A stretch of 64,000 nt of DNA, taken from NCBI GenBank assembly GCA_027858855.1, contig JAQIBV010000039.1, forward strand, positions 18,544 to 82,543, read 5' to 3'. This DNA comes from Spirochaetota bacterium. Its GTDB lineage: Bacteria > Spirochaetota > UBA4802 > JAFGJZ01. The notes below the pieces were generated by a model. The model worked only from the letters and a program-made list of their open reading frames with translations. It was not told where the DNA came from and made no database searches. Positions 1-8,773 of this stretch are shown piece after piece. The position numbers and the translations under genes were made by a program. Each line of letters begins with the position of its first letter. The stretch's first letter is position 1.

Positions 1-2
1 TA

Positions 3-1028
3 AAGGCCGATTTTACAATTACTTTTGGATTTCCCAAAGTTTCTATGATTACGCGCAGAGGAACTTCTTTTTGCGGGATAATCACAGTTGCTGATATCGG
101 CTTTCCTCCTGCAGAAGTTGACCTTATGTCACCGCGATTATCACTGTTTAACAAAGAACAGATCTTGAATCTCTATAATTTATATGAAAATGATAACTGC
201 TACAAGACTCAGACCGGTTCAGTAACGGTTTGCGGTGGTTTCCCAGGTTATGAGGGAGCTTCTATTCTGGCTTTAAATGCACTATGTGAAATTGGGAACG
301 GAATGACCTATTGTGCTGTTGATCAGTATTCTGATCTTAGTGGCCGTTTTATTCCAAACGAGGTAATTCTTCATCGTATTAAAGCGGATATTTCTGATGT
401 CTTATCTGATTTATATTCCCGTTCGAAGCATGTCATATGTGGCCTAGGACTTGGTCGTTGTGAACGTGCCCGTAGTGTTTTCGACTACACACTGTCTTGT
501 GCCAGAGAAGGGATGTTTGACTCCTTAATACTGGATGGTGACGCGCTCTATTTCTTATCAAAATGTGACGACCTTTCTACTATTGAACTGGCTGCGTCTT
601 CATGCAGGCTAATACTTACTCCGCATAGTATGGAGGCTTCGCGATTAGCAAATGTTTCTGTCGATATTATTGACGGAGATAGCGTTGGTTATGCATTAGA
701 ACTTTCAAAAATGTATCAGGCCTGTGTTGTTCTTAAAGGACCGTCAACCGTAACCGCATTTGAGGACAGAGTAGTTGTGAACACTTCTGGCAATTCACTT
801 CTGGCAACTGCAGGTTCGGGGGATGTGTTAACCGGAATAATTGCTTCATTGTTAACACGGTTTGATGATACTCTTGAAGCCGTTTCTGCTGCTGTATTTC
901 TTCATGGGTATTGTGCCGATTACTATTATCAGACAAATGAAATAGCATCTTACAGGGCATCTGACACAATAGAGATGATAAGGCCCGCTCTTCGGTCACT
1001 ATTTAACAGCATAGATGACCATGGATGA
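3..1028 (+). CDS. nnr: NAD(P)H-hydrate dehydratase/epimerase (YjeF/Nnr), 5'-truncated by window edge; reading frame stays open back to nt 3
   Basis: C-terminal YjeF_C motifs: GLGLGR, TPHSMEASRL, VLKGPSTV, GNSLLATAGSGDVLTGIIA. N-terminal residues ITVADIGFP resemble the end of the YjeF_N epimerase domain, implying the real start lies upstream of the window. Confidence 0.7.
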   Translation, partial: KADFTITFGFPKVSMITRRGTSFCGIITVADIGFPPAEVDLMSPRLSLFNKEQILNLYNLYENDNCYKTQTGSVTVCGGFPGYEGASILALNALCEIGNGMTYCAVDQYSDLSGRFIPNEVILHRIKADISDVLSDLYSRSKHVICGLGLGRCERARSVFDYTLSCAREGMFDSLILDGDALYFLSKCDDLSTIELAASSCRLILTPHSMEASRLANVSVDIIDGDSVGYALELSKMYQACVVLKGPSTVTAFEDRVVVNTSGNSLLATAGSGDVLTGIIASLLTRFDDTLEAVSAAVFLHGYCADYYYQTNEIASYRASDTIEMIRPALRSLFNSIDDHG

Positions 1029-1880
1029 GGTGAGGGGAATACCTTTCTTTAAACGATATCCCATAAAATGATATTTCGCAATTGAAAACCATTTTAGATA
1101 ATCAACTACAGACTTAAACTGCCCCCTCGACTTTAACAGTTTTGGTATCAGTCCAAAATCTACGGGACGATAAACAGCTGTTTTTTTAAAACCACAAATA
1201 TCTAAAAGTTCTATCAGATTATCAGCTGAAAAATATGAGAGATGTCCGGGAAGAAAATAGTGATATGATTCACTGGCAATACGTGCCTGCCAGCCATTCA
1301 TATCAGCTGTTTGAATTACACAAAGCCCCCCCGGCTTTAATAGCGAATATGCTTTTTGTAAAAATGGCAGGGGTTCTTTAATATGTTCAATCAACTCAAT
1401 CATGGTGATGATTGAAAAAAAATCAGGTTCGAAAGATGCGTTCTCAAGAGTGCCATTATAGGTGTTGATACCCTGACTTATGCAGTAGTCTGCGGCACTT
1501 TTTGATATTTCTACACCGTAGGGAGTAAACCAATCAGAAGCCTGTTGCAGAAGCCCACCAAAAGAGCATCCAATATCCAGAAAATTTCCTTTTTCAACCC
1601 AGCTTCGTATTTTTTTTATTCGGGCTTTCCATACAAATGCGTTATATCTGTAATTTTTTCGCTCATCAATATATGAATAATCAGCTTTTCCTGAATAGTA
1701 GTCTTCACCGTACAAAGAACTAATATAGTTATCGCTAAATGCCGGATTCATAAATATGAATGTGCATTTGCTGCATCTGGAGACCTTAAAGGGATCAACA
1801 AAATCGATTGTGTACAATTCACAAATTGATGAAGAGCCGCATAGGGGGCAGGTTAGTCGTTTTGGATCAAAGACTGTCAC
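999..1880 (-). CDS. Class I SAM-dependent methyltransferase with N-terminal Cys4 zinc ribbon (GTG start overlapping upstream stop)
   Basis: CPLCGSS...CSKC zinc-ribbon; motif I LDIGCSFGG; 4-nt GTGA overlap with the preceding methyltransferase gene. Confidence 0.6.
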   Translation of the reverse strand: MTVFDPKRLTCPLCGSSSICELYTIDFVDPFKVSRCSKCTFIFMNPAFSDNYISSLYGEDYYSGKADYSYIDERKNYRYNAFVWKARIKKIRSWVEKGNFLDIGCSFGGLLQQASDWFTPYGVEISKSAADYCISQGINTYNGTLENASFEPDFFSIITMIELIEHIKEPLPFLQKAYSLLKPGGLCVIQTADMNGWQARIASESYHYFLPGHLSYFSADNLIELLDICGFKKTAVYRPVDFGLIPKLLKSRGQFKSVVDYLKWFSIAKYHFMGYRLKKGIPLTSSMVIYAVK

Positions 1881-2512
1881 ACTACAGCCCTGAAGTAGTG
1901 ATGTGCAATTTTAGCTTTAGTGTTCAAACGGGTGCGTTCCATGTATCCACACTCAAAAGAGTTAAATTCTGAAAAAAGGGACGTTAGATATTTTTCATCG
2001 GCATATGTAACCGTACATTCATCTAGGTCGCTCAATGATACAATCCACGTATGATCTGAAAGTTTCTGTTTGCGGTTAAAATAGGTATCCTGTTCAGACC
2101 TGAATGTGCCAAAAAGGAAACCACCGGGTTTAAGAATTCGGTGAATTTCCTGAATCTGCTGGTTAACACCCTTTTCGGTGTCATAGTGAAGAGATCCCCA
2201 ACAGATAGCAGCATCAAACGAATCATCCCGAAAAGGAGAGTCGGATGTTGAACACTGTACCGAGAATATGCCGTAGTTTTTTAAAATTCGTGCAGAGTTC
2301 TCAGAAATATCTGTAGCAACAATAGATGTAAATCCGAATTCCTGCAAAAGAGGCACATGACGACCACTTCCTGAACCAATATCAATAGCATTAAGATTTT
2401 CAGGAAAATTGTTTTTAGTATATTCAGCAAGCAATCGAACAAGATTTTCGTCTGGATATCCAAGAAGGGAACGGTCCCGGTCATAGTGTTTGTTCCAGGG
2501 GGGGGTGCTCAT
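1877..2512 (-). CDS. SAM-dependent methyltransferase
   Basis: Motif I IDIGSGSGRH; post-I acidic residue (ATDIS); LKPGGFLF motif. Confidence 0.65.
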   Translation of the reverse strand: MSTPPWNKHYDRDRSLLGYPDENLVRLLAEYTKNNFPENLNAIDIGSGSGRHVPLLQEFGFTSIVATDISENSARILKNYGIFSVQCSTSDSPFRDDSFDAAICWGSLHYDTEKGVNQQIQEIHRILKPGGFLFGTFRSEQDTYFNRKQKLSDHTWIVSLSDLDECTVTYADEKYLTSLFSEFNSFECGYMERTRLNTKAKIAHHYFRAVV

Positions 2513-2574
2513 TTTACGAATTCTCCGAAATTAAATTAGATAGTGCATTTTATTGCACAGTATTGATGCTAATG

Positions 2575-3774
2575 CTATTTGTACTGAATATTTAATTGTT
2601 CAATCGCTTCGCGACATCGTTCCATTGCCTGTTCCAGATTTTTGCCGCAGGCGGCAACCACACCAACTCTGTCATGATTAGTCTTTGGAGAGCTGACTCG
2701 GTCGTTACTGCTTTTAAACAGTTTAAACATGTTTATTTTAGAAAACTCTGTATCAAGGGGGGTGAATGTGTCGAATTTTGCGCGTTTTGCTGTAATAAAC
2801 TGAACAACAGCTGCATTATAATTTTTCTTAAATGAAGGCGGAGAAAAATTGTCATCAGTCATAGCACAAATAGCCGATTTAAAAAAATTATGTCCGGTAG
2901 TATAGGGAATTATCGTTTCAGGAATATACTCTCCACCAAATTCAGCAACGGTTTCCAGTACATAAATATTATCATTATCTATTTTACATTCAATCACGAG
3001 TGGGGAGCATTCAATAGAAAAAGCGGAGGCGATTTTTTGTCCAATAGAACTTATTTCATTATATAGATGCGAGTAGCGGGAGGGGGCACTGTGCATGAGA
3101 TCGACAAAGTAGGGTGGAGGAGTAGTCAATTTATCTGTTATCTCATAGAGGTAAAATGCCCCTTTTTTGACAATACCAAAAGCGATTATTTCATCACCTT
3201 TTATATATTCTTCAACAAGAAACTGGGTATGCTCTTTTTGAAAGGATAGGGTGAAAGTTTTAAGTTCTTCATAAGATTCGATTAATTTCACTCCACATTT
3301 TGCATGCCCGGTAACCGGTTTAACAATGGCCGGGAAGGTGTAACCCTTCTTGCGTCTCGGGTTATAGACTGAATAATCAGGAGTAGGTATATCATTATCG
3401 ATGAAGAGTTTTTTCATCTTTTTTTTATTAATGAAATTATCTACACAATCTAGCTTAATATAAGGAATGGATAGTTTCTCGCACAAACATGCAGTAGATT
3501 CAACGGCTTCAGCGTATGAACGCGTCAAAATAGCACCTATTTTACCATCAAGAAGGAGTTCCCGTAGTTTCTGGTAAATCTCCTGAGTATTGGTTATTGA
3601 TTCCTGTATTTTAATATCAGAATATATAAAACCCGGAGCCGAAGTATTCTGATCAACGGCAATTACACTGTACCCCATTTCGCGTGCAGCCTTAATTAGT
3701 GGTATCTGATTTTCACCTGCGGCTATCGATACGAAAAGTTTAAGGGGTTTTATCCGCTTTCTGAAAAAGAACAT
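2575..3774 (-). CDS. ATP-grasp domain protein (carboxylate-amine ligase-like)
   Basis: Pre-ATP-grasp Rossmann-like N-terminus; central FPAIVKPVTGHAKCGV...EEYIKGDE nucleotide-binding region typical of the ATP-grasp fold. Stop of upstream ROK gene abuts the start (TAGATG). Confidence 0.6.
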   Translation of the reverse strand: MFFFRKRIKPLKLFVSIAAGENQIPLIKAAREMGYSVIAVDQNTSAPGFIYSDIKIQESITNTQEIYQKLRELLLDGKIGAILTRSYAEAVESTACLCEKLSIPYIKLDCVDNFINKKKMKKLFIDNDIPTPDYSVYNPRRKKGYTFPAIVKPVTGHAKCGVKLIESYEELKTFTLSFQKEHTQFLVEEYIKGDEIIAFGIVKKGAFYLYEITDKLTTPPPYFVDLMHSAPSRYSHLYNEISSIGQKIASAFSIECSPLVIECKIDNDNIYVLETVAEFGGEYIPETIIPYTTGHNFFKSAICAMTDDNFSPPSFKKNYNAAVVQFITAKRAKFDTFTPLDTEFSKINMFKLFKSSNDRVSSPKTNHDRVGVVAACGKNLEQAMERCREAIEQLNIQYK

Positions 3775-4713
3775 CTACTTTGCAACCATTTTATCGATAA
3801 CAAACTTTATTGTACCAAGAGCCGGCCCCTGATCTTCATGCAATACCTTGTGAAAATGGACATCCTCAACAATACCTTTGAAACCAATTTTCTTTAAGTT
3901 CTCGGTCATTAAAGGGAAAAGTATGTCAGAGGCGTGCGAAAGTCCACCCGCAAAAATAACGGCCTCTGGATTAAAGATATTAAGCAGTGAGTTGATTCCG
4001 AACGCAAGATATCGTGAACATTGGCTCATCATGTGTAGAGAGAATGGGTCATCCTGCAGGGCATGGTTGTATAGCAACTCTGCAGTTATTTCTTTACCAT
4101 TAAGTGATGAATCGGGAAAATCGTGAATCTCTTTTTCTGCGAGTCGGGCAATTGAAGAAGCAGAGGCGTAACGTTCAAAACATCCACGGTTTCCGCATGA
4201 GCACTCGATACCGTTTAGATCAATACTGATATGACCGAATTCTGCAGCAAAACCGTTACGTCCTTCAAGCAACCTGCCGTCAACAATGGCTCCACCACCT
4301 ATGCCGGTGCCAAGTGTTACCATTAACCAGTTTTTATAGTTTTTGCCATTACCCTGCCACCATTCACCAAGTAGTGCGGCTGTAGCATCATTCAGGATAT
4401 AAACCTTTTTACCAATTTTCTTGGATACAAGATCCGAAAAATCAGAGTCACTGATTGACGGGATGTTCGGGCTTATAAGAATGCGTCCCCTTTCAGAGTC
4501 AACAGAGCCGGGAATACCGATGCCAATCGGGCCGATATCGTTAATTGTCGATTTTGTTTCGTTTAAAAGTGTAGTTACTGCTAAATTTATGTTATTTATT
4601 ATCTCATCCCGGCTTGATCCGGTTTCATGCTTAAAAGTGGAAACAACAGAGCCTTCTGCATCTGTAATAATTGCCTTAATATTTGTTCCACCAATGTCAA
4701 ATCCGATATGCAT
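3775..4713 (-). CDS. ROK-family sugar kinase (glucokinase-like; no N-terminal HTH)
   Basis: N-terminal GFDIGGTNIK ATP-binding motif; LGTGIGGG; ROK zinc motif CSCGNRGCFE; GGAGG Shine-Dalgarno upstream of ATG. Confidence 0.75.
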   Translation of the reverse strand: MHIGFDIGGTNIKAIITDAEGSVVSTFKHETGSSRDEIINNINLAVTTLLNETKSTINDIGPIGIGIPGSVDSERGRILISPNIPSISDSDFSDLVSKKIGKKVYILNDATAALLGEWWQGNGKNYKNWLMVTLGTGIGGGAIVDGRLLEGRNGFAAEFGHISIDLNGIECSCGNRGCFERYASASSIARLAEKEIHDFPDSSLNGKEITAELLYNHALQDDPFSLHMMSQCSRYLAFGINSLLNIFNPEAVIFAGGLSHASDILFPLMTENLKKIGFKGIVEDVHFHKVLHEDQGPALGTIKFVIDKMVAK

Positions 4714-5154
4714 TGTTAACCTCCGCTTTTAGTTGATAAACCCGTAATGAAGCTGAACATTTGCTTTACAAGCGTGAGCCAGCTTTGAAAACAATTGAAT
4801 AAACCGAAGTGTGTTTGTTAATTATTTCAATACTATTCTTGTGTTGATTAAAATTATTGTCAAACAACTTGTTGTTGAATAATTGAAAAGAGTAAAATTA
4901 TTACATATTTAGAACTTAAGGTACTAATTTTCGTTCGCCTACAGCATGGATAAATCTGGTATTTTATGAACTCTAACGTAAATTATTTCTACGAAAAAAT
5001 ACTGAAATTAATTAGTAATGTTATAATGTAGTTGTAAAATCTATTAAATCCCCTAAAAATTCATTTGTTATGAGTTTAATGGATTTTCTTTTTCATTTAA
5101 ATCTATATTTTTTGTGGAAATGAGTATAAAATCTATCATTAAAAGGAATGCAAA

Positions 5155-5991
5155 ATGGTTGATCTTCATATACATAGTATTGGGTCCGATGGTATCTATT
5201 CAGTTGATGAATTAACTCTAATTGCTAAAGAGGCCGGTGTTGACGTGCTGTCACTAACTGATCATGATTCAATAAGTGGAATTGAAAAAATATTATCAGA
5301 TACATCGGCTGATTCTATTACGGTTATACCCGGTATTGAATTCAGCTGTCATTTTATACCGGGTGACTACCATCTGCTTGGGTACGGAATCGATCATCGC
5401 AATGAACAGTTGGTGAGCACTCTCGAGTTCTATTCTCAACAACGGCGTGAGCGAATTGAAGCTATGATTGAGAAATTAAATGCTATCGGTTTGAAAATTT
5501 CCAAAGAAGATATAGTTGCAAGTGGCCTAACGGATAGCCCCGGCAAACCACATATTGCCAGAGCGCTTATTAAAAAGGGTTATGTGAAGTCCGTATCAGA
5601 AGCATTTGAACTATATCTGGGAAGAAACGGTGTCGCAGATGTACCAAAACAGAAAATAACGCGTGAAGAGGCGTACCGGCTTATAGCTCTATGTGGGGGG
5701 TGTGCGGTTCTTGCTCATCCCGCTTCTTTAAGGTTAAAGGACTCTGATCTGGAAACTATTATCAAAGAGGATATCTCCCGAGGGTTATGCGGTCTTGAGG
5801 TTTTTGCACAAATGCACTCAGAAGAACAGGTTCTTAAATTCAGAGAGCTGGCAGAACGTTACGGATTATTTTTAAGCGGGGGGAGTGATTTTCATGGTGA
5901 TAAAGAAGAGACAATGGGATGTTATGGATCGAATCGTGTAGTCCCTGTTGATGCAGTTGCACCGCTTATTAATTATCTTAAAACTCTATAA
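5155..5991 (+). CDS. PHP-domain metal-dependent phosphoesterase (TrpH/YciV-like)
   Basis: MVDLHIHSIGSDG...LTDHDSISG PHP His/Asp metal-ligand motifs. Confidence 0.65.
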   Translation: MVDLHIHSIGSDGIYSVDELTLIAKEAGVDVLSLTDHDSISGIEKILSDTSADSITVIPGIEFSCHFIPGDYHLLGYGIDHRNEQLVSTLEFYSQQRRERIEAMIEKLNAIGLKISKEDIVASGLTDSPGKPHIARALIKKGYVKSVSEAFELYLGRNGVADVPKQKITREEAYRLIALCGGCAVLAHPASLRLKDSDLETIIKEDISRGLCGLEVFAQMHSEEQVLKFRELAERYGLFLSGGSDFHGDKEETMGCYGSNRVVPVDAVAPLINYLKTL

Positions 5992-5998
5992 GTAATCA

Positions 5999-7471
5999 TC
6001 ATAAAGTTTTAAAATATTCATACAAAAGCAGAGATGTACTGATAGAAGCATTGAGTGATTCAACCATATCGGTCATAGGTATGGAAACTGAATATTGCCT
6101 CAGTCCCTCTGGCAGGCCGGGGCCCTCAATTCCTGGAATAATCACAAATTTTTTCGGGAACGAAAAATCTGAAAGTGGTGTACCTGCGCTATCTAAAGCC
6201 ACGGGAGTTACACCCTGCCTAACAAAAAAATCAACTGAATCAGAAAGTGACAGCCCCTTATAAAAATCTGTATTAAATACAGCTCCGCCTGAAGCTCGGA
6301 TAGACTTATGATGAAATGGATGACACCCCTCAGCAGTAATAACTATTTGCGTTATACCAAACGCAACAGCTGAACGGATTACGCTACCGGTATTTGCCGG
6401 GTCTTGAAAAGGGACCAGCAGAATGGGTCTTGAAATATCTATGTTTTCCAGACAGTTGAAATCGTTAATTTTTTTAAAAAGAAGCAATTGTCGATTAATT
6501 CCAATATCGAGCTCATTATAGAGTGATTTTTTCAATAATATCAGTTTTCCAGACCTGTCAAGCTCGGCAATTATTGAGTTTTGTTTGCTGCTTTTTTCAC
6601 AATAACCATCATAGATTACACCGCAGAAGATAGTATCCCGGATAATCTGATAGTTATCGGTGATAGTCTTTTCGCCACTTATTACAGCAAGGCGGCTTTT
6701 ACCTGGCCCTGTAAGTATTGCTTTTTTTAGCTCTTTATAGCGTTTATTATCGGAAGATTCAATGGTGATGCCAACGGTCAATTCTGGAAGTTCAGATATT
6801 TGATAAAATCTTTTTATCAAACTGCTTGTCTTCTTATAGACCAGTAACCTGCGTTCGTGCGAAGTTTTCGGTAATTTATAGGGCAGGTCTGTTTTAAGAT
6901 GGTAGTGATCTGAAATTTCTTTCGGAATTTCTTCCATTTCAGCATCAACACCAGGTCCTTTTAGAAGAATGATAGAGCCATTATGTGGTAAAAAATTGAC
7001 ACATCTTTCAAGGGTCGCCGGAGTTGATTCAAAAGCTCGAGTAATTACACCTGAAACTGGGAAGTACATCTTTTCGTTTACTTTATGTGAGAAAACTGAT
7101 ACACATGACAGGCTAAGCTCCTTAATTACCATGTTCATAAACTTCACTCGCATTGGTCGTGGTTCTGCAAGTATCAGTTTGAGATCTGGATGAACTATTT
7201 TCAAGGGTATGCCGGGAAATCCGGCTCCTGTTCCAATATCAAGTAGGGACTCTGGAAGCTCAATAAGTGTTCCAACAATAATGGAATCGATAAAGTGTTT
7301 AATAATAATATCTGAAAATTTCTTTAGACGGGAAAGATCGTACTCGTCATTGTATCGAACCAGCAGTTCACAGAAAATATATAGCCGTTCAATAGTAATT
7401 TGTGACAAATGTGGGAATGCCTCAGAAAGCGAGGAGAAAAAGGCCTTTTTCTCCTCGGAGGTAATTACCAT
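5999..7471 (-). CDS. rsmG: Fusion protein: 16S rRNA m7G methyltransferase RsmG (GidB) N-terminal domain + SpoU/TrmH-family RNA 2'-O-methyltransferase C-terminal domain
   Basis: N-terminal half has GidB motifs (LLDIGTGAGFPGIPLKI, ILAEPRPMRVKFM). C-terminal half has SpoU motifs (ANTGSVIRSAVAFG, IPGIEGPGL, SLNASISTSLLLYE). Single uninterrupted 490-aa frame. Confidence 0.7.
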   Translation of the reverse strand: MVITSEEKKAFFSSLSEAFPHLSQITIERLYIFCELLVRYNDEYDLSRLKKFSDIIIKHFIDSIIVGTLIELPESLLDIGTGAGFPGIPLKIVHPDLKLILAEPRPMRVKFMNMVIKELSLSCVSVFSHKVNEKMYFPVSGVITRAFESTPATLERCVNFLPHNGSIILLKGPGVDAEMEEIPKEISDHYHLKTDLPYKLPKTSHERRLLVYKKTSSLIKRFYQISELPELTVGITIESSDNKRYKELKKAILTGPGKSRLAVISGEKTITDNYQIIRDTIFCGVIYDGYCEKSSKQNSIIAELDRSGKLILLKKSLYNELDIGINRQLLLFKKINDFNCLENIDISRPILLVPFQDPANTGSVIRSAVAFGITQIVITAEGCHPFHHKSIRASGGAVFNTDFYKGLSLSDSVDFFVRQGVTPVALDSAGTPLSDFSFPKKFVIIPGIEGPGLPEGLRQYSVSIPMTDMVESLNASISTSLLLYEYFKTL

Positions 7472-8421
7472 AAAACATCCATCGGATTGATTAGTTTATC
7501 GTAGTGCCAAAGTGTGAAATGCAGATGAGGACCGGTTGAGTAGCCGGTAGAGCCAACCCTGCCAATAAGTTGCCCGGGTTTAACAGTGGCGCCACGTTTA
7601 ATAGATATTCTTGAAAGATGACCATAGAGAGTTTTATAACCATTTTTATGCTGGACTATAATGGCTTTTCCAAAGCCTCCCATCCAGCCGGCCGAGACAA
7701 CTTTACCTGCACTTGCGGCACCCACATATGTTCCGCGCTTTGCAGCAATATCGACACCGCTGTGAAACTTGCGTTTATTAAAAATAGGATGTCGTCTGTT
7801 ACCGAAAAAAGATGTAAACCGTCCTCCCAAAGGAGAGCGGAACATTTCACGAAGAGTGTACTGATGTGCCAGTTTTTTCGTCATGGTCTCGATGGATGGT
7901 TTTGAACCAGGTATAAACAGGGCAATTCCGAGAGGGAGCTGGCCAAAACGGTCATGGTACTTGGAAAAATTTGCAATTAACTGTATTTCTATGTCTTCAA
8001 CTTCAACTTCATAGTGTTCTGCTATTTCTTCAAGGGATGTTTCTTTCTCTATGAAAACAAGAGCTCCTTTTTTTGATGGTACAATTATGGTTTGACCCGT
8101 TACGGCTAAAAGAGATTCCCAGAACGGATTAGCAGAAATAAGAGTATCGATATTTATATCAAATTTTTTTGCAATTTTCCAGAAGTTATCGCCGGGAACG
8201 ATGGTATACTTGGTAAATTTAACAGTATCAAACCTGATACCGCTGTTTATATTTAAAATGTAGTTGTCTTCATCTTCATAATAGTGGCTTACCGGTTTTA
8301 ATGACACTCCCGATGAAACTGCTTTTTCAACCTGTGAGATAGCAGCAAGCTGAAAAGGAATGAGTGTTGAAAAAAAGAGTGCAATTATAGGAAGAGCGTT
8401 TATGTTTAATTTCATAGTCAA
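7465..8421 (-). CDS. LysM domain + M23 family metallopeptidase (secreted)
   Basis: Signal peptide; LysM (YTIVPGDNFWKIAKKF); M23 motifs HSGVD...HLHF; overlaps downstream rsmG-fusion start by 7 nt. Confidence 0.8.
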   Translation of the reverse strand: MTMKLNINALPIIALFFSTLIPFQLAAISQVEKAVSSGVSLKPVSHYYEDEDNYILNINSGIRFDTVKFTKYTIVPGDNFWKIAKKFDINIDTLISANPFWESLLAVTGQTIIVPSKKGALVFIEKETSLEEIAEHYEVEVEDIEIQLIANFSKYHDRFGQLPLGIALFIPGSKPSIETMTKKLAHQYTLREMFRSPLGGRFTSFFGNRRHPIFNKRKFHSGVDIAAKRGTYVGAASAGKVVSAGWMGGFGKAIIVQHKNGYKTLYGHLSRISIKRGATVKPGQLIGRVGSTGYSTGPHLHFTLWHYDKLINPMDVLW

Positions 8422-8703
8422 AGAACTCCATTTGTTTATGTCATTATTAAAGTTTAATTTTCCGGGTCAAGTAAATTTAGTGATGATGTGAGTATCACTG
8501 AATTTGTTTTGTATTATTTATATGTGATTTTATCCCCAGCCGTGGCGGGTGGATAAATAAAAGCTGTACTCACTAATTCTTGATAAAAGGCAGAAATCAT
8601 TCACTTTGATATATCTATAAATATTATCGGGTTTGTTTTAAATTTTCTTTATAATTGAAGATTTTGAGATATGTTTCATAGTATGGATGCTCTCCTTTTT
8701 TCC

Positions 8704-8732
8704 TTGACGTAGCTACGTGACAAATATAGTAA
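8704..8732 (+). promoter_or_regulatory. Candidate sigma70-type promoter for the lol operon (TTGACG - 15/17 nt - TATAGT/TAGTAA) with a 12-bp palindrome ACGTAGCTACGT (8708-8719) in the spacer
   Basis: Hexamers read directly from the sequence about 45 nt upstream of the lolC/E start; palindrome overlaps -35 and spacer. Confidence 0.3.
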
Positions 8733-8773
8733 CAGGGGACTACCTCGCTGTTATCTTATCTATGGAGTAACAA

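Noticed and set aside
733-999. Antisense or alternative-frame ORFs embedded in larger genes throughout the track (e.g. 733-999, 2032-2226, 2281-2484, 2596-2835, 3878-4126, 4421-4732, 6051-6263, 6969-7490, 7618-7905, 9755-10069, 20760-21053, 21100-21369, 25511-25789, 29754-30191, 40891-41176, 41183-41509)
   Set aside because: Each lies wholly inside, and usually antisense to, a long ORF that has clear protein-family motifs. None has an RBS. They are typical spurious ORFs of AT-rich coding DNA.
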